A stretch of DNA of 63,837 bases, counting the filler, from Nitrospirae bacterium CG2_30_53_67 (GTDB taxonomy: Bacteria; CG2-30-53-67): NCBI GenBank assembly GCA_001873285.1. It is 5 parts of 5 records of this genome, joined end to end, with 100 filler letters (N's around TTAATTAATTAA, not from the genome) between each part and the next. Parts side by side here need not be neighbours in the genome. Positions count along the whole stretch, not along the records: positions 1 to 20,428 come from MNYV01000166.1; positions 20,529 to 24,856 come from MNYV01000172.1; positions 24,957 to 42,208 come from MNYV01000056.1; 2 more parts are not named here. The stretch is one strand, 5' to 3'. Made by a program: the position numbers and the translations under genes. Below, in pieces: positions 19,696-29,176 of the stretch; within the stretch, counting starts at the first letter, position 1; every line of letters starts with the position of its first letter. Below the pieces are notes generated by a model. It worked only from the letters and a program-made list of their open reading frames with translations. It was not told the origin of the DNA and ran no database searches.

Positions 19696-20214
19696 TTATC
19701 TTTTGGAAAAAAGTTTTCGCACCTGGATGTAAGACACGCCCATCAGGCAGATTCCAGTGGTGGCCGCCAGGGACATGCCCGCCGCGACAATGGCCACAGG
19801 AACGATCCAGAAGCCGGCGCCGCAGGCCTGCAGGTAAAGGCCGGCAAAAACAAAGAGGCCCATGACCGTGAAGATGAATTTCTCCGCACTGTTCCCCAGG
19901 AGGTACTTGCCTGAGGCGTCTTCAGAAATGGGCCAGGGCTCCCTCCCCAGGACCTTTATCAGGATGTACCGGTAAAACAAAACCGATGGCTCGTAGCGGG
20001 TTGAACTGAGCAGGGTGATCAGGGTGGATACCATGACCGGATAGAGAATTCCCGGTTCCTTGAAAAGGACCGCAAAAATACAGCAGAGGGCGATATAGGA
20101 CCGTTGGAACCGGGACGCCTCGGCGCTCTGGTTGGCCTTGTCGGGTTTAACCTTCGTTAAAACATCGGGAGTTCCCTGAAAAGGCTCGTTGAATATCCGG
20201 CTGACTTGTGCCAT
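19696..20214 (-). CDS. DUF4395-like membrane protein
   Basis: Four TM segments, an RFQR motif and C-terminal LAATTGICLMG. Confidence 0.6.
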   Translation of the reverse strand: MAQVSRIFNEPFQGTPDVLTKVKPDKANQSAEASRFQRSYIALCCIFAVLFKEPGILYPVMVSTLITLLSSTRYEPSVLFYRYILIKVLGREPWPISEDASGKYLLGNSAEKFIFTVMGLFVFAGLYLQACGAGFWIVPVAIVAAGMSLAATTGICLMGVSYIQVRKLFSKR

Positions 20215-20428
20215 ATCATACCTCCTTAAATTTCTGTTCTTTCAATCTTTTCGACCGTTTTTGCGGAAAACTTTAAGTATATTTTTTTCGGATGATCTGA
20301 TTATTGAGATTTGAGGTTTTATGGATATTAATTCTTGACAAGAGATATTCGAAAATGTTAATATCCCGAAACTTCTTGGACCTATGAAGGCTTTCAAAAA
20401 GCCGGGGATCCATGAAAAAAGAAGATAA

Positions 20429-20528
20429 NNNNNNNNNNNNNNNNNNNNNNNNNNNNNNNNNNNNNNNNNNNNTTAATTAATTAANNNNNNNNNNNNNNNN
20501 NNNNNNNNNNNNNNNNNNNNNNNNNNNN
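20429..20528. other. Artificial contig linker (also at 24857-24956, 42209-42308 and 60111-60210)
   Basis: N-run/TTAATTAATTAA/N-run, 100 nt each; stops in all six frames. Confidence 0.97.
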
Positions 20529-21905
20529 AAAAAAGGGGTTTATATTCAGGGTGTAAAGGTACATGGCAAGCGGGAAGACATTGAAGATATGGTGAAGAAT
20601 CTGAATGTTGAGCTTGTCCTGATTGCCATTCCATCCGCGTCATCGCGTGAAATCCGAGAAATTCTATCCGTGGTGCGACAGGCCCATGTCAAGGAGATCC
20701 GGATCATTCCCGGATTGAATGAATTGGTACACGGGAATGTCTCGCTTTCCGATATCAAGGAAATCAGGATTGAAGACATTCTTGGAAGAGAGCAGGCCTC
20801 CATTGACCGGAGGATGGTCAATGATTTCATCAAGGGTAAAAGGGTATTGATTACCGGCGCCGGAGGATCCATAGGCTCGGAGCTGGTTCGACAGGTGCTG
20901 TCATTTGAGCCCAAGCAGATTATTGCCCTGGATATTGATGAGACAGAGCTTTTCAATCTTGAATTGGAGACAGGCAGGGGCGGGCTGGGGGCTGAGTTCT
21001 CTTCCGTGGTGGCGGATATTCAGGATAGAAATAAGCTGGAGTCGGTTTTCAATGCATATCTTCCGAACCTTGTGTTTCATGCGGCGGCCTACAAGCATGT
21101 CCCCATGATGGAGAAGTACCCCGAGGAGGCGGTCAAAGTCAATGTCCTGGGGACGAGGACGGTTGCAGAGGTTGCCAATGACTATGGAGTTGAAAAATTT
21201 GTCATGGTTTCGACAGACAAGGCGGTCAAACCGACGAATGTCATGGGTGCGACAAAAAGGGTTGCGGAGAAGATCGTCAACGGATTGAATGCCTCGGGCC
21301 GGACGAAATTCATCTCCGTCCGTTTTGGAAACGTGGTGGGAAGCCGTGGAAGCGTGATTCCGATTTTTGAAGATCAGATCCGAAGAGGCGGTCCGGTGAC
21401 GGTCACCCACGAAGAGATGAGGCGGTATTTCATGAGCATCCCCGAGGCGTCTATCCTGATCCTGCAGGCGGCGGCCATGGGACAAGGTGGGGAGGTCTTT
21501 CTCCTGGACATGGGAGACCCGGTGAAGATAGTGGACATGGCGCGTGAGATGATCCGGCTGAACGGCCTGGAGCCGGACGTGGATATCGAGATTATATATA
21601 CCGGTATCCGGCCGGGTGAAAAGCTTTATGAGGAACTGCTGACGGATTCGGAGGGCGTCGAGCCTACAGATCACCCGAAGATTTTCGTGGGCAGGGACTC
21701 ATCCAATAACCATGGAAACGTGCTCGAAAAAGTAAAATTGTTTGAAGATTTTATCCAGCAGAAGCAGTGGGCCTGGATCAGGAATTTATTGATGGATCTG
21801 GTCCCGTCCTATACGCTGACCTCTCATGCAGCTCATCTTCCGAATTTATATGAGGAGAGCACAGAGAAAGCCAATGAGTGGAGTGACCTTTCAAGACAAA
21901 AATAA
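20529..21905 (+). CDS. Nucleoside-diphosphate sugar 4,6-dehydratase (CapD/PglF/WbpM family), 5'-truncated by the contig end
   Basis: ITGAGGSIGSEL, FHAAAYKHVP, STDKAV.PTNVMGATKR and VRFGNV motifs. Confidence 0.93.
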   Translation, partial: KKGVYIQGVKVHGKREDIEDMVKNLNVELVLIAIPSASSREIREILSVVRQAHVKEIRIIPGLNELVHGNVSLSDIKEIRIEDILGREQASIDRRMVNDFIKGKRVLITGAGGSIGSELVRQVLSFEPKQIIALDIDETELFNLELETGRGGLGAEFSSVVADIQDRNKLESVFNAYLPNLVFHAAAYKHVPMMEKYPEEAVKVNVLGTRTVAEVANDYGVEKFVMVSTDKAVKPTNVMGATKRVAEKIVNGLNASGRTKFISVRFGNVVGSRGSVIPIFEDQIRRGGPVTVTHEEMRRYFMSIPEASILILQAAAMGQGGEVFLLDMGDPVKIVDMAREMIRLNGLEPDVDIEIIYTGIRPGEKLYEELLTDSEGVEPTDHPKIFVGRDSSNNHGNVLEKVKLFEDFIQQKQWAWIRNLLMDLVPSYTLTSHAAHLPNLYEESTEKANEWSDLSRQK

Positions 21906-22055
21906 TGGTATCCGTAAGCTCACCATGACAATTGTCACCCTGAGCTTATCGAAGAGTGGATTGTCCGGTCAAGCCGGACAATGACAACCATATATAATCC
22001 TGATGTGTACCCACCCCCGATCGTAGTCGAGGGCAGGCATTTTTGTCGCACACCC
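21905..22055. repeat. REP cluster plus right end of the GGGTGTGCGACA miniature element
   Basis: AAGCTCACCATGACAATTGTCACCCTGAGC..., GGATTGTCCGGTCAAGCCGGACAATGAC, ending TTTTGTCGCACACCC. Confidence 0.7.
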
Positions 22056-22164
22056 TATCAGAGACCCGCTCCTGTATTCTTTTCATGAAAACATACTATT
22101 TGTTCATGAACCCGTCAAGGTGTTTTTCAAAGTTATTTTTTGACGGAAGCGGTTCAGTTTAATA

Positions 22165-22195
22165 TTGACACATCACATTCTGTGATGTATATAAT
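22165..22195 (+). promoter_or_regulatory. Sigma70 promoter with an overlapping palindromic operator for the TA operon
   Basis: TTGACA (22165-22170), ACATCACA-TTC-TGTGATGT palindrome, TATATAAT; ATG follows at 22202. Confidence 0.7.
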
Positions 22196-22201
22196 GATGA
22201 T

Positions 22202-22459
22202 ATGAGAACATTAAAGAAAAGACCCATTCAAATATATATAGAACCAGGGCAGGCAAATATTTTAGAGATCCTTTCTATGAAGCGGGGTGTCTCGAAGTCT
22301 GAGATTATCCGGGAAAGCATAGAGAAATATTTAAAGGAACTCCCCATAGAAGAAGATCCGGCAATGGGGCTAATTGGACTTGGTGGTTCAGGTAAAAGTG
22401 ATCTCGCTGACAAGCATGATCGCTATATTGCAAGATATGCTGCTTCCAGGAAGCGATGA
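22202..22459 (+). CDS. CopG/RHH-family antitoxin (VapB-like)
   Basis: IQIYI...GVSKSEIIRESI ribbon-helix-helix and DLADKHDRY tail; overlaps the PIN gene. Confidence 0.85.
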   Translation: MRTLKKRPIQIYIEPGQANILEILSMKRGVSKSEIIRESIEKYLKELPIEEDPAMGLIGLGGSGKSDLADKHDRYIARYAASRKR

Positions 22460-22875
22460 TATCTTCTGATAATATATTTGTTGATACCAGCGCATGGGTT
22501 GCTCTTGCAGATAGAGATGATGCCCATCATAAAAAGGCGGCCTCGATATATCCATCACTCCTGACATCTCATAAGGGTTTGATTACAAGTAATTTTGTAA
22601 TAGCTGAGGTCTATATTCTTATTCTAAATGAGCTGGGGCATCAGCCTGCTCTGGATTTCCTGGAGAAGGTAAAGACAAGCCCGAGAATTATGAAGGTCTA
22701 TTCCAGCGAAGATGTGGAGGCGGATGCTGAAAAGATCTTGAAACAATATCATGATCAGGATTTCAGTTATACCGATGCTGTAAGCTTTGTTATTATGAAG
22801 AGGCAAAAGATTGAAAAGGCGTTTAGTTTTGACAAACATTTTCTAACAGCAGGTTTTGTGAACGTGCCTTCTTAA
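22456..22875 (+). CDS. vapC: PIN-domain VapC-family toxin
   Basis: FVDTSAWVAL, SYTDAVSF and AFSFDKHF motifs. Confidence 0.9.
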   Translation: MISSDNIFVDTSAWVALADRDDAHHKKAASIYPSLLTSHKGLITSNFVIAEVYILILNELGHQPALDFLEKVKTSPRIMKVYSSEDVEADAEKILKQYHDQDFSYTDAVSFVIMKRQKIEKAFSFDKHFLTAGFVNVPS

Positions 22876-22918
22876 ATTTTATCTTGACATAAGGCCTTGA
22901 TGTATTATAATTCATGCT

Positions 22919-24175
22919 ATGAATGATAATCATTCAAGACACGAATTCATTTACAAGCCCCGATGTCTGCAATCTTTTTTCGAGGCCTGCCTGCCCATTC
23001 ATCCCATCATTGTGCTGACCGGGGCCAGGCAGACGGGCAAGAGCACTTTTCTCCAGTATTCCGAGCCGGTCTGCAATTGGCGATACATAACTTTGGACAA
23101 CTTTGACATTCGTCATCAGGCTGAAATTAACCCTTCAGCGCTGTGGGCGGGAGCGGACGCTATAGTGATTGATGAGGTCCAGAATTCACCGCTTCTTCTT
23201 TCCGCTGTGAAGATGGCCGTGGATGACAAGAAGCGGCGGGTCAGGTTTGTTCTTTCGGGTTCGGCGAATCTGCTCCTGATGCGGAGGGTGAGCGAAACCC
23301 TTGCCGGACGAGCCGTGTATCTCAGATTGTATCCCATGACCCTTGGAGAAATAAGGGGACGTTCCGTTCCATCCATTGTGAGCGAACTTTTCTCTGGGGA
23401 GCTTCCCCCTGACGGAAAGGTCGAGAAAGAAGAGAATGATCCCTTTGCACAGATCTCCAAGGGTTTCATGCCTTCCCTGATGTCATTGGACCGCTCTGAT
23501 GCGGTGACCATGTGGTGGGAGGGATACGTCGCAACCTATCTTGAGCGGGATCTTCGGGCACTCTCACAAATTGAATCCCTGGCGGATTTCAGGCGGGTGA
23601 TGGAGATGCTGGCATTGCGGAGCGGGCAGATGCTGAATCAGACTGAGATATCGAGGGACGCGGGCATTAGTCAATCCACTGTGCACCGTTACATCAACCT
23701 CATTGAGACTTCCTGTCTGGCGGAGAGGCTCCCGGCTTTTCATGTGAACAGAACCAAGCGATTGATTAAGGCCCCGAAGTTCTACTGGCTGGATTCCGGG
23801 CTTGCCGCGTTCCTGGCAGGATTTCACGACCTTGCAAGTGTCCGGTCGGCGAGAGAGGCAGGGGCTCTCTTTGAGACCTTTATCTTGCAGCATTTGCGTG
23901 TGCTGTCGGATCTTCTCATTCCTAAGGCGCGTGTGTATTATTGGCGTACTGTGAACGGCAAAGAAGTGGATTTTGTGATTGAGCATGGGCGGAAGCTTCT
24001 GGCAGTCGAGGTCAAGCTGACGTCCGTTCCGCTATATGCGGATATTGAGGGCCTGAAACTTTTTATGGAGGAGTATCCGGAGACTTCCTGCGGGCTGCTG
24101 GTCTATAATGGCAACGAAATCCGCCGCATGGATGAGCGGATTGTGGCTGTGCCGTGGAGCGTGCTGACTGGCTGA
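22919..24175 (+). CDS. AAA+ ATPase (AAA_14 + DUF4143)
   Basis: GARQTGKS, IDEVQ, SGSA, PKFYWLDSG and EVDFVI...EVK motifs. Confidence 0.88.
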   Translation: MNDNHSRHEFIYKPRCLQSFFEACLPIHPIIVLTGARQTGKSTFLQYSEPVCNWRYITLDNFDIRHQAEINPSALWAGADAIVIDEVQNSPLLLSAVKMAVDDKKRRVRFVLSGSANLLLMRRVSETLAGRAVYLRLYPMTLGEIRGRSVPSIVSELFSGELPPDGKVEKEENDPFAQISKGFMPSLMSLDRSDAVTMWWEGYVATYLERDLRALSQIESLADFRRVMEMLALRSGQMLNQTEISRDAGISQSTVHRYINLIETSCLAERLPAFHVNRTKRLIKAPKFYWLDSGLAAFLAGFHDLASVRSAREAGALFETFILQHLRVLSDLLIPKARVYYWRTVNGKEVDFVIEHGRKLLAVEVKLTSVPLYADIEGLKLFMEEYPETSCGLLVYNGNEIRRMDERIVAVPWSVLTG

Positions 24176-24203
24176 GATTCCGGCGGTGAGCATGGTTCCG
24201 CAC

Positions 24204-24291
24204 CGTCATTCCGGCACGTTTTAAGCCGGAATCCAGAGATTTTTTTTTAAAAATCATCCTGGACCCCGGCTAAAATCATGCCGGGGTGACG
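24204..24291. repeat. Inverted REP pair
   Basis: CGTCATTCCGGC...GCCGGAATCCAG and CTGGACCCCGGC...GCCGGGGTGACG. Confidence 0.7.
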
Positions 24292-24460
24292 AGAAGAAGA
24301 GACGAGAAAGGGTAAATAGACAATATTGACGGCTTGAGATTCTTGAAATCTCCCCCAACTCCTCTTACTCGATAAAATCATTCGAGGACAAGTTTCCAAA
24401 GAGGGGAACAGAGGTTTAATTGCCCCGCTATATTACGCGAAGACCCATACAAGGCAGGCA

Positions 24461-24856
24461 ATGAAACGGTTTGAGTTTATTCAGGAAGGGTGCCTCTGGA
24501 TCCACTGGGATTACCATGCCCTTCTGAAAGGGCATGGCCTTAATCGTTTTGACGCGCTTTATGATCTTTCCGGCGGCGAGCTTTTCAAGCAGAACCGCTA
24601 CCGTTCCGTAGTCAGGATTTACCTGAAAGGGGAGGACGGCCGGTCCCACATCTTTCATTTGAAACGGCATCATCCGCCGCTCCTTGCACGAATCCGGTCG
24701 GTATTCACGGGTTTTCGGATCAAGGACGGCGCGGAGAATGAGTGGGGAAAGATCCTGAGGCTGGAAGAGGTCGGGATCCGGACCATGACGCCGGTCGCCT
24801 TTGGCGCACTCCGTAAATGGGGCCTGCCTTATCAAGCGCTCACCCTGACCGAGCAT
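24461..24856 (+). CDS. Lipopolysaccharide kinase (WaaP/InaA family), truncated by the contig end
   Basis: HLKRH and AENEW..I..L...GI.T..PVAFG motifs. Confidence 0.75.
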
Positions 24857-24956
24857 NNNNNNNNNNNNNNNNNNNNNNNNNNNNNNNNNNNNNNNNNNNN
24901 TTAATTAATTAANNNNNNNNNNNNNNNNNNNNNNNNNNNNNNNNNNNNNNNNNNNN

Positions 24957-25094
24957 CTGTGCGCATATGCAATTCGGCTTGCCGCATTTACGATAATTGA
25001 CCGAGATACTACCTCGCCTGAAATCACCAAGTGTTTTCAATCTCTCACAAAGACCATCCCGTCTCCGTTCCAGCTCTGACAAAGATTCCGGCAT
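24957..25094 (-). CDS. DUF6788-like IS-associated protein, truncated by the contig end
   Basis: FRRGSISVNYRKCGKPNCIC motif; starts 95 nt inside a putative IS end. Confidence 0.75.
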
Positions 25095-25189
25095 ATGCCC
25101 TCCTTATAGTCTGGTAGTTTAATGAGCTACCAGATTATAAGGCATTTTGCCCTTTTTGTCAATTCTACCTACAACTATGTCGCAGACCC
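24957..25189 (-). mobile_element. Left end of an ISKra4-like insertion sequence
   Basis: Terminus GGGTCTGCGACATAG (minus, from 25189), then the DUF6788-like gene, then a contig break typical of multicopy IS. Confidence 0.6.
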
Positions 25190-25273
25190 CTCCTCTTGGA
25201 ACCTGTTGACAATTCCCTGTAAGAGACGTATAAAGGTAAATATTTTCTCTCCGGGAAAAGGCTATTAACGATC

Positions 25274-26469
25274 ATGAAACTCACTCTCACCCGAAAGATC
25301 TTTCTGGGCTACTTCATCATGATCTGTCTGGTCCTGGTGGAGGGGTTCTATGCGGTCTATGAGCTCAACCGATTGAACCGCCAAACCCGGTCCATGGTCC
25401 AGGGGGAGGTCTTCTCCATGGATCTGGAGAAGCGGCTTCTTGACCTTTTCCTGTCCCAGGTGGGAAACGAAAAGAAGTACCTCGTAGTGCACGACCGGGA
25501 TTTCCTTTCCCTCGCCCTTTCAAAAGGAGAGGAGTTTGATAAAATCCTTCTTCAACTGATGGCAGGGAGAAGGGGTGTTCCTTTTATGAAAGATCTGGAA
25601 GAGATCCAGCGGTTGCATGAGCGGCATATCAAAGGTTTTCTCTCAGCCGTGGAGGACGTTCCCGGTGATCAGGGTAAAGGCGAGGCCGAGCTTTCCGGAA
25701 GGGGCATGATGGGTGAGGCCGAGGTCCTGGCGATGACCGGGAGGATCGAGGAGATCATCCGGATTGAAGAGTTGTCCATTGCCCGGAAGATGAGTGAAGC
25801 GCAGGCGTTCAGCCAGCGGGCCTATACGATCACGATCGGGATTGTGGCCTCCATGGGGCTTTTCGGCTTGCTCATGGCCTGGCTCATGATCCGGAGTATC
25901 CAGGAGCCGATTCAAAAACTCAAGCAGGGGACACAGTATATCTCTGAAGGGATTTTTGAGAAGCGGATTTTGATCTCTTCCAAGGACGAATTTGGAGACC
26001 TGGCACGGGCCTTTAATATCATGACCCAGAGGCTCTCGGAGCTGGAGGAGATGAAACGGGAATTCATTGCCAACATGTCGCATGAACTCCGCACGCCGCT
26101 GACCTCCATCAAGGCGGCCGCATCGCTGATGCTGGATCAGGTCCCGGGTCACATCACGGATAAGCAGAAAAGGGTGCTCTGCATTATTCAGGAGGAGACC
26201 GGAAAGCTGATCCGCCTGATCAACAACGTCCTCGACCTCTCCAGACTCAGGGCAGGAATGATGCCATACCTAAAATCTTTGAACGGTTCCGGCAGGCCGA
26301 CCCCCTGATGGGGAAGCCGGCGAAAGGAACGGGCCTGGGTCTCTCCATCTGCAAATATTATATTGAGGGACATGGCGGAAGGATCTGGACAGAGAGCGAA
26401 CGGGGCGCGGGGAGCCGTTTTTATTTTGATCTTCCCGTCATGAGGAAGGAAGTGACGGTATCGGCATGA
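25274..26469 (+). pseudogene. GlrK/QseE-like sensor kinase with an internal deletion and frameshift in the HATPase domain
   Basis: TM-HAMP-HisKA (SHELRTPL) to about 26270. A different frame then resumes KIFERFRQ...GTGLGLSIC...HGGRIW to TGA 26467-26469. The N and G1 boxes are missing. Confidence 0.75.
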
Positions 26470-27011
26470 AGATTCACAAAACATACTTTTTTTTAATTTT
26501 CCTGCTTTGCGCCGCTTGTTTGCCTCCCTATGATCTTAAAAATTTTTCGAGCCGGTCCGATGGTGGAGAGAGTAAAAAACAGGAGAAGATCAGTTCTCCG
26601 GATGAATTCTTTCTTAATGCAGATCAGTTGTTCCATGACGGGAAATACCGGAGCGCCCTGCATGACACCCGCCGTATTTATGAGGAGGCGCATCACCGGG
26701 AGGTTGAGGAGGAGGCCCTGTTCCGGATCATTCTGATTCAATCCTATGGAGATAACCCCAACAGGGACTACAGGGAAGCCGGGCGGGTTGCAAAGGCATT
26801 CCTGAAGAACTATCCGGGAAGCAAACGCAGCCGGGAAGTTCAGGCCATCCTCCTCCTGATCGAGGAGATCCATCGCAGCGAAGCCGAAGCCGAGACCCTC
26901 AAGGGGTATAATGCCATCCAGGATGAGAAGATTCAGAGATTGATGCAGGACATCAGAAAGATCAAAGAGATCGACCTTCAATTGGAAGAACAGAAAAAGA
27001 AGCTGGAGTAG
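26466..27011 (+). CDS. Helical lipoprotein (QseG/YfhG-like position)
   Basis: Lipobox CAAC, TPR-like helices and a C-terminal coiled coil (IKEIDL); lies between the kinase and the sigma54 regulator. Confidence 0.65.
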   Translation: MKIHKTYFFLIFLLCAACLPPYDLKNFSSRSDGGESKKQEKISSPDEFFLNADQLFHDGKYRSALHDTRRIYEEAHHREVEEEALFRIILIQSYGDNPNRDYREAGRVAKAFLKNYPGSKRSREVQAILLLIEEIHRSEAEAETLKGYNAIQDEKIQRLMQDIRKIKEIDLQLEEQKKKLE

Positions 27012-27014
27012 GCC

Positions 27015-28406
27015 ATGTCTAAAGAACGAATTCTACTTGTTGATGATGATCCGAATATCCTCGAGGTCTTATGCATGCGTCTTGAGTCCAAGGGGTTCGA
27101 ACCGTTCAAGGTGAAGAGCACGGAGCAGGCCCTGAGCAGGCTGAAGCAGGAAAGATACGATCTGGTGCTGACCGACCTCAGGATGACGGGGCTCGACGGG
27201 ATGGATCTTTTGGAAGAAATCAGAAGGATGGATCCGGAACTTCCGGTGATCATTCTCACCGCGCATGGCAGTATCCCCAATGCGGTGGAGGCCATGCAGA
27301 AAGGGGCGTTCAGTTATCTGACCAAGCCCTTTGAAGATAAAGAGATCACTTTCCATGTTGAAAGGGCCCTTGAAAAAAGGCGGCTTGAGAAGAAGATTTA
27401 TAATCTCAAAAGTCTGGTGGAAGACCGGTTCAGTTTCAAGAACATCGTGGGGAGAAGCCGTCTCATGCAGGGCATTTTCGACCAGGTGGTCCAGGCGGCT
27501 CCGTCCGACTCCACCATTTTACTGACCGGTGAGAGCGGAACCGGCAAGGAACTCTTCTCCAGGGCGATTCACGCCCATAGCCGCAGGGCCGGAGGGCCTT
27601 TTATTACCGTGAATTGTGCGGCAATCCCGGAAACCCTTCTGGAGAATGAACTCTTCGGACATGAGCGGGGCTCCTATACCGGGGCCGGCGCCTCTCAGGA
27701 TGGATATTTTCTCCGGGCGGATGGGGGGACGATCTTTCTGGATGAAATCGGCGAGGCCCCTCTTTCCATTCAAGCCAAGCTTCTTCGTGTCTTGCAGGAA
27801 AAAGAGTTTAACCCCATCGGTTCAACCCGGTCGCTCAAAGTGGATGTCAGGATCATCACGGCCACCAATCAGAACATAGAAAAGTCCGTTGAACAGGGAA
27901 AGTTCCGTGAGGATCTCTACTATCGAATTCATGTCATTCCCATTCATATCCCGCCGCTCAGGGAACGCAAGGAGGATATTCCTTTTCTGATCGACCATTT
28001 TATCCGGAAGCATTCGAGCCGGGTGGGGAAAAAGATCGAGGGAATTGACCCTGTGGCCGTGCAGCAGCTCATGCAGCAGAACTGGCCGGGGAATGTCCGG
28101 GAACTGGAGAACCGGATCGAACAGGGCATGGTGATGGCTCGTAATCCGGTTCTCGGTTCTCAAGACTTCCTCTTTGATCAGGATGAACACCGGCACAGGA
28201 AATTTCTGAATTTCAGAGAGGCGCGGGATGTTTTTGAAAAGGAATATGTGACCCATCTCCTTAAGATGACCGGGGGGCATGTGACCCATGCGGCCCAAAT
28301 GGCGGGGAAGCAGCGCGCTGATTTTTACAATATTATGAAAAAGCACGGGATTCAACGAGAGGCCTTCAGGAACGTTTCCGGAAGGCCTCCGGATGCTGTA
28401 AGATGA
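27015..28406 (+). CDS. Sigma54-dependent response regulator (GlrR/NtrC family)
   Basis: REC domain, GESGTGKE, ELFGHERGSYTGA, FREDLYYRI, WPGNVREL and a C-terminal HTH. Confidence 0.93.
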   Translation: MSKERILLVDDDPNILEVLCMRLESKGFEPFKVKSTEQALSRLKQERYDLVLTDLRMTGLDGMDLLEEIRRMDPELPVIILTAHGSIPNAVEAMQKGAFSYLTKPFEDKEITFHVERALEKRRLEKKIYNLKSLVEDRFSFKNIVGRSRLMQGIFDQVVQAAPSDSTILLTGESGTGKELFSRAIHAHSRRAGGPFITVNCAAIPETLLENELFGHERGSYTGAGASQDGYFLRADGGTIFLDEIGEAPLSIQAKLLRVLQEKEFNPIGSTRSLKVDVRIITATNQNIEKSVEQGKFREDLYYRIHVIPIHIPPLRERKEDIPFLIDHFIRKHSSRVGKKIEGIDPVAVQQLMQQNWPGNVRELENRIEQGMVMARNPVLGSQDFLFDQDEHRHRKFLNFREARDVFEKEYVTHLLKMTGGHVTHAAQMAGKQRADFYNIMKKHGIQREAFRNVSGRPPDAVR

Positions 28407-29155
28407 CCATAGAACCAGGACCTCATGAGACCCTCGACACGCTTTCCACGGCCGGGATCCGCATCCTCCAACCCAGGAGAGGGTATCGCTACTCCCTGGA
28501 TTCCCTGATCCTTGCATTCTTCCTTCATCTCAAGAAAGGGGACGCCGTGGTGGAACTCGGCGCCGGCGCAGGCGTGATCTCCATGATCCTGGCAAAACGG
28601 GATCCTGCCTGTCCTATCGTGGGGCTGGAGATCCAAAAACGGCTCTACGGCCTCATGGCGAGGAACCTGGCGCTCAATGGTCTTGAGGGCCGGGTGCAGG
28701 CGGTCCATGGAGACATCCGCAGGATTGAAGAATATTTCGATCCTGCGAAAACAGATGCCGTCTGCTCCAATCCCCCCTTTCGCAAGGTCCGTTCAGGCAG
28801 GATGAATCCGGACCCGGAAAAAGCTATTGCAAGACATGAGATCGAACTCACCCTTCCCGATCTGATCCATGCAGCGGCTTATCTCCTGAAGAGACATGGG
28901 AAATTTTCTTTGATCTATCTTCCTGAACGTCTGGCCGACCTGATCCAGCAGCTCAGACAGGATCACCTCGAGCCGCGAAGAATGCAGACCATCCACTCCT
29001 TTCCGGAGACCCCGCCGGTCCTCGTGATGGTCGAGGCGGTCAAGGGGGCCGGGGCGGGGATGAGAATGGAGGCGCCCTTTATCATCTACCGGGATAAAAC
29101 CGGCGCTTATTCCAAAGAGATGAAATCCATCTATGGGTTTCAGTCCGGTTCATGA
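28403..29155 (+). CDS. tRNA1(Val) adenine(37)-N6 methyltransferase family
   Basis: QPRRGYRYSLDS, ELGAGAG, SNPPF and IARHE motifs. Confidence 0.88.
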   Translation: MTIEPGPHETLDTLSTAGIRILQPRRGYRYSLDSLILAFFLHLKKGDAVVELGAGAGVISMILAKRDPACPIVGLEIQKRLYGLMARNLALNGLEGRVQAVHGDIRRIEEYFDPAKTDAVCSNPPFRKVRSGRMNPDPEKAIARHEIELTLPDLIHAAAYLLKRHGKFSLIYLPERLADLIQQLRQDHLEPRRMQTIHSFPETPPVLVMVEAVKGAGAGMRMEAPFIIYRDKTGAYSKEMKSIYGFQSGS

Positions 29156-29176
29156 TGATTGGAGATGCAGCCGGAA

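Noticed and set aside
22202..24175. TA pair plus AAA_14 ATPase as a novel defence system
   Set aside because: Both are common passengers in polysaccharide loci, and the ATPase appears to have its own promoter; no evidence they act together.
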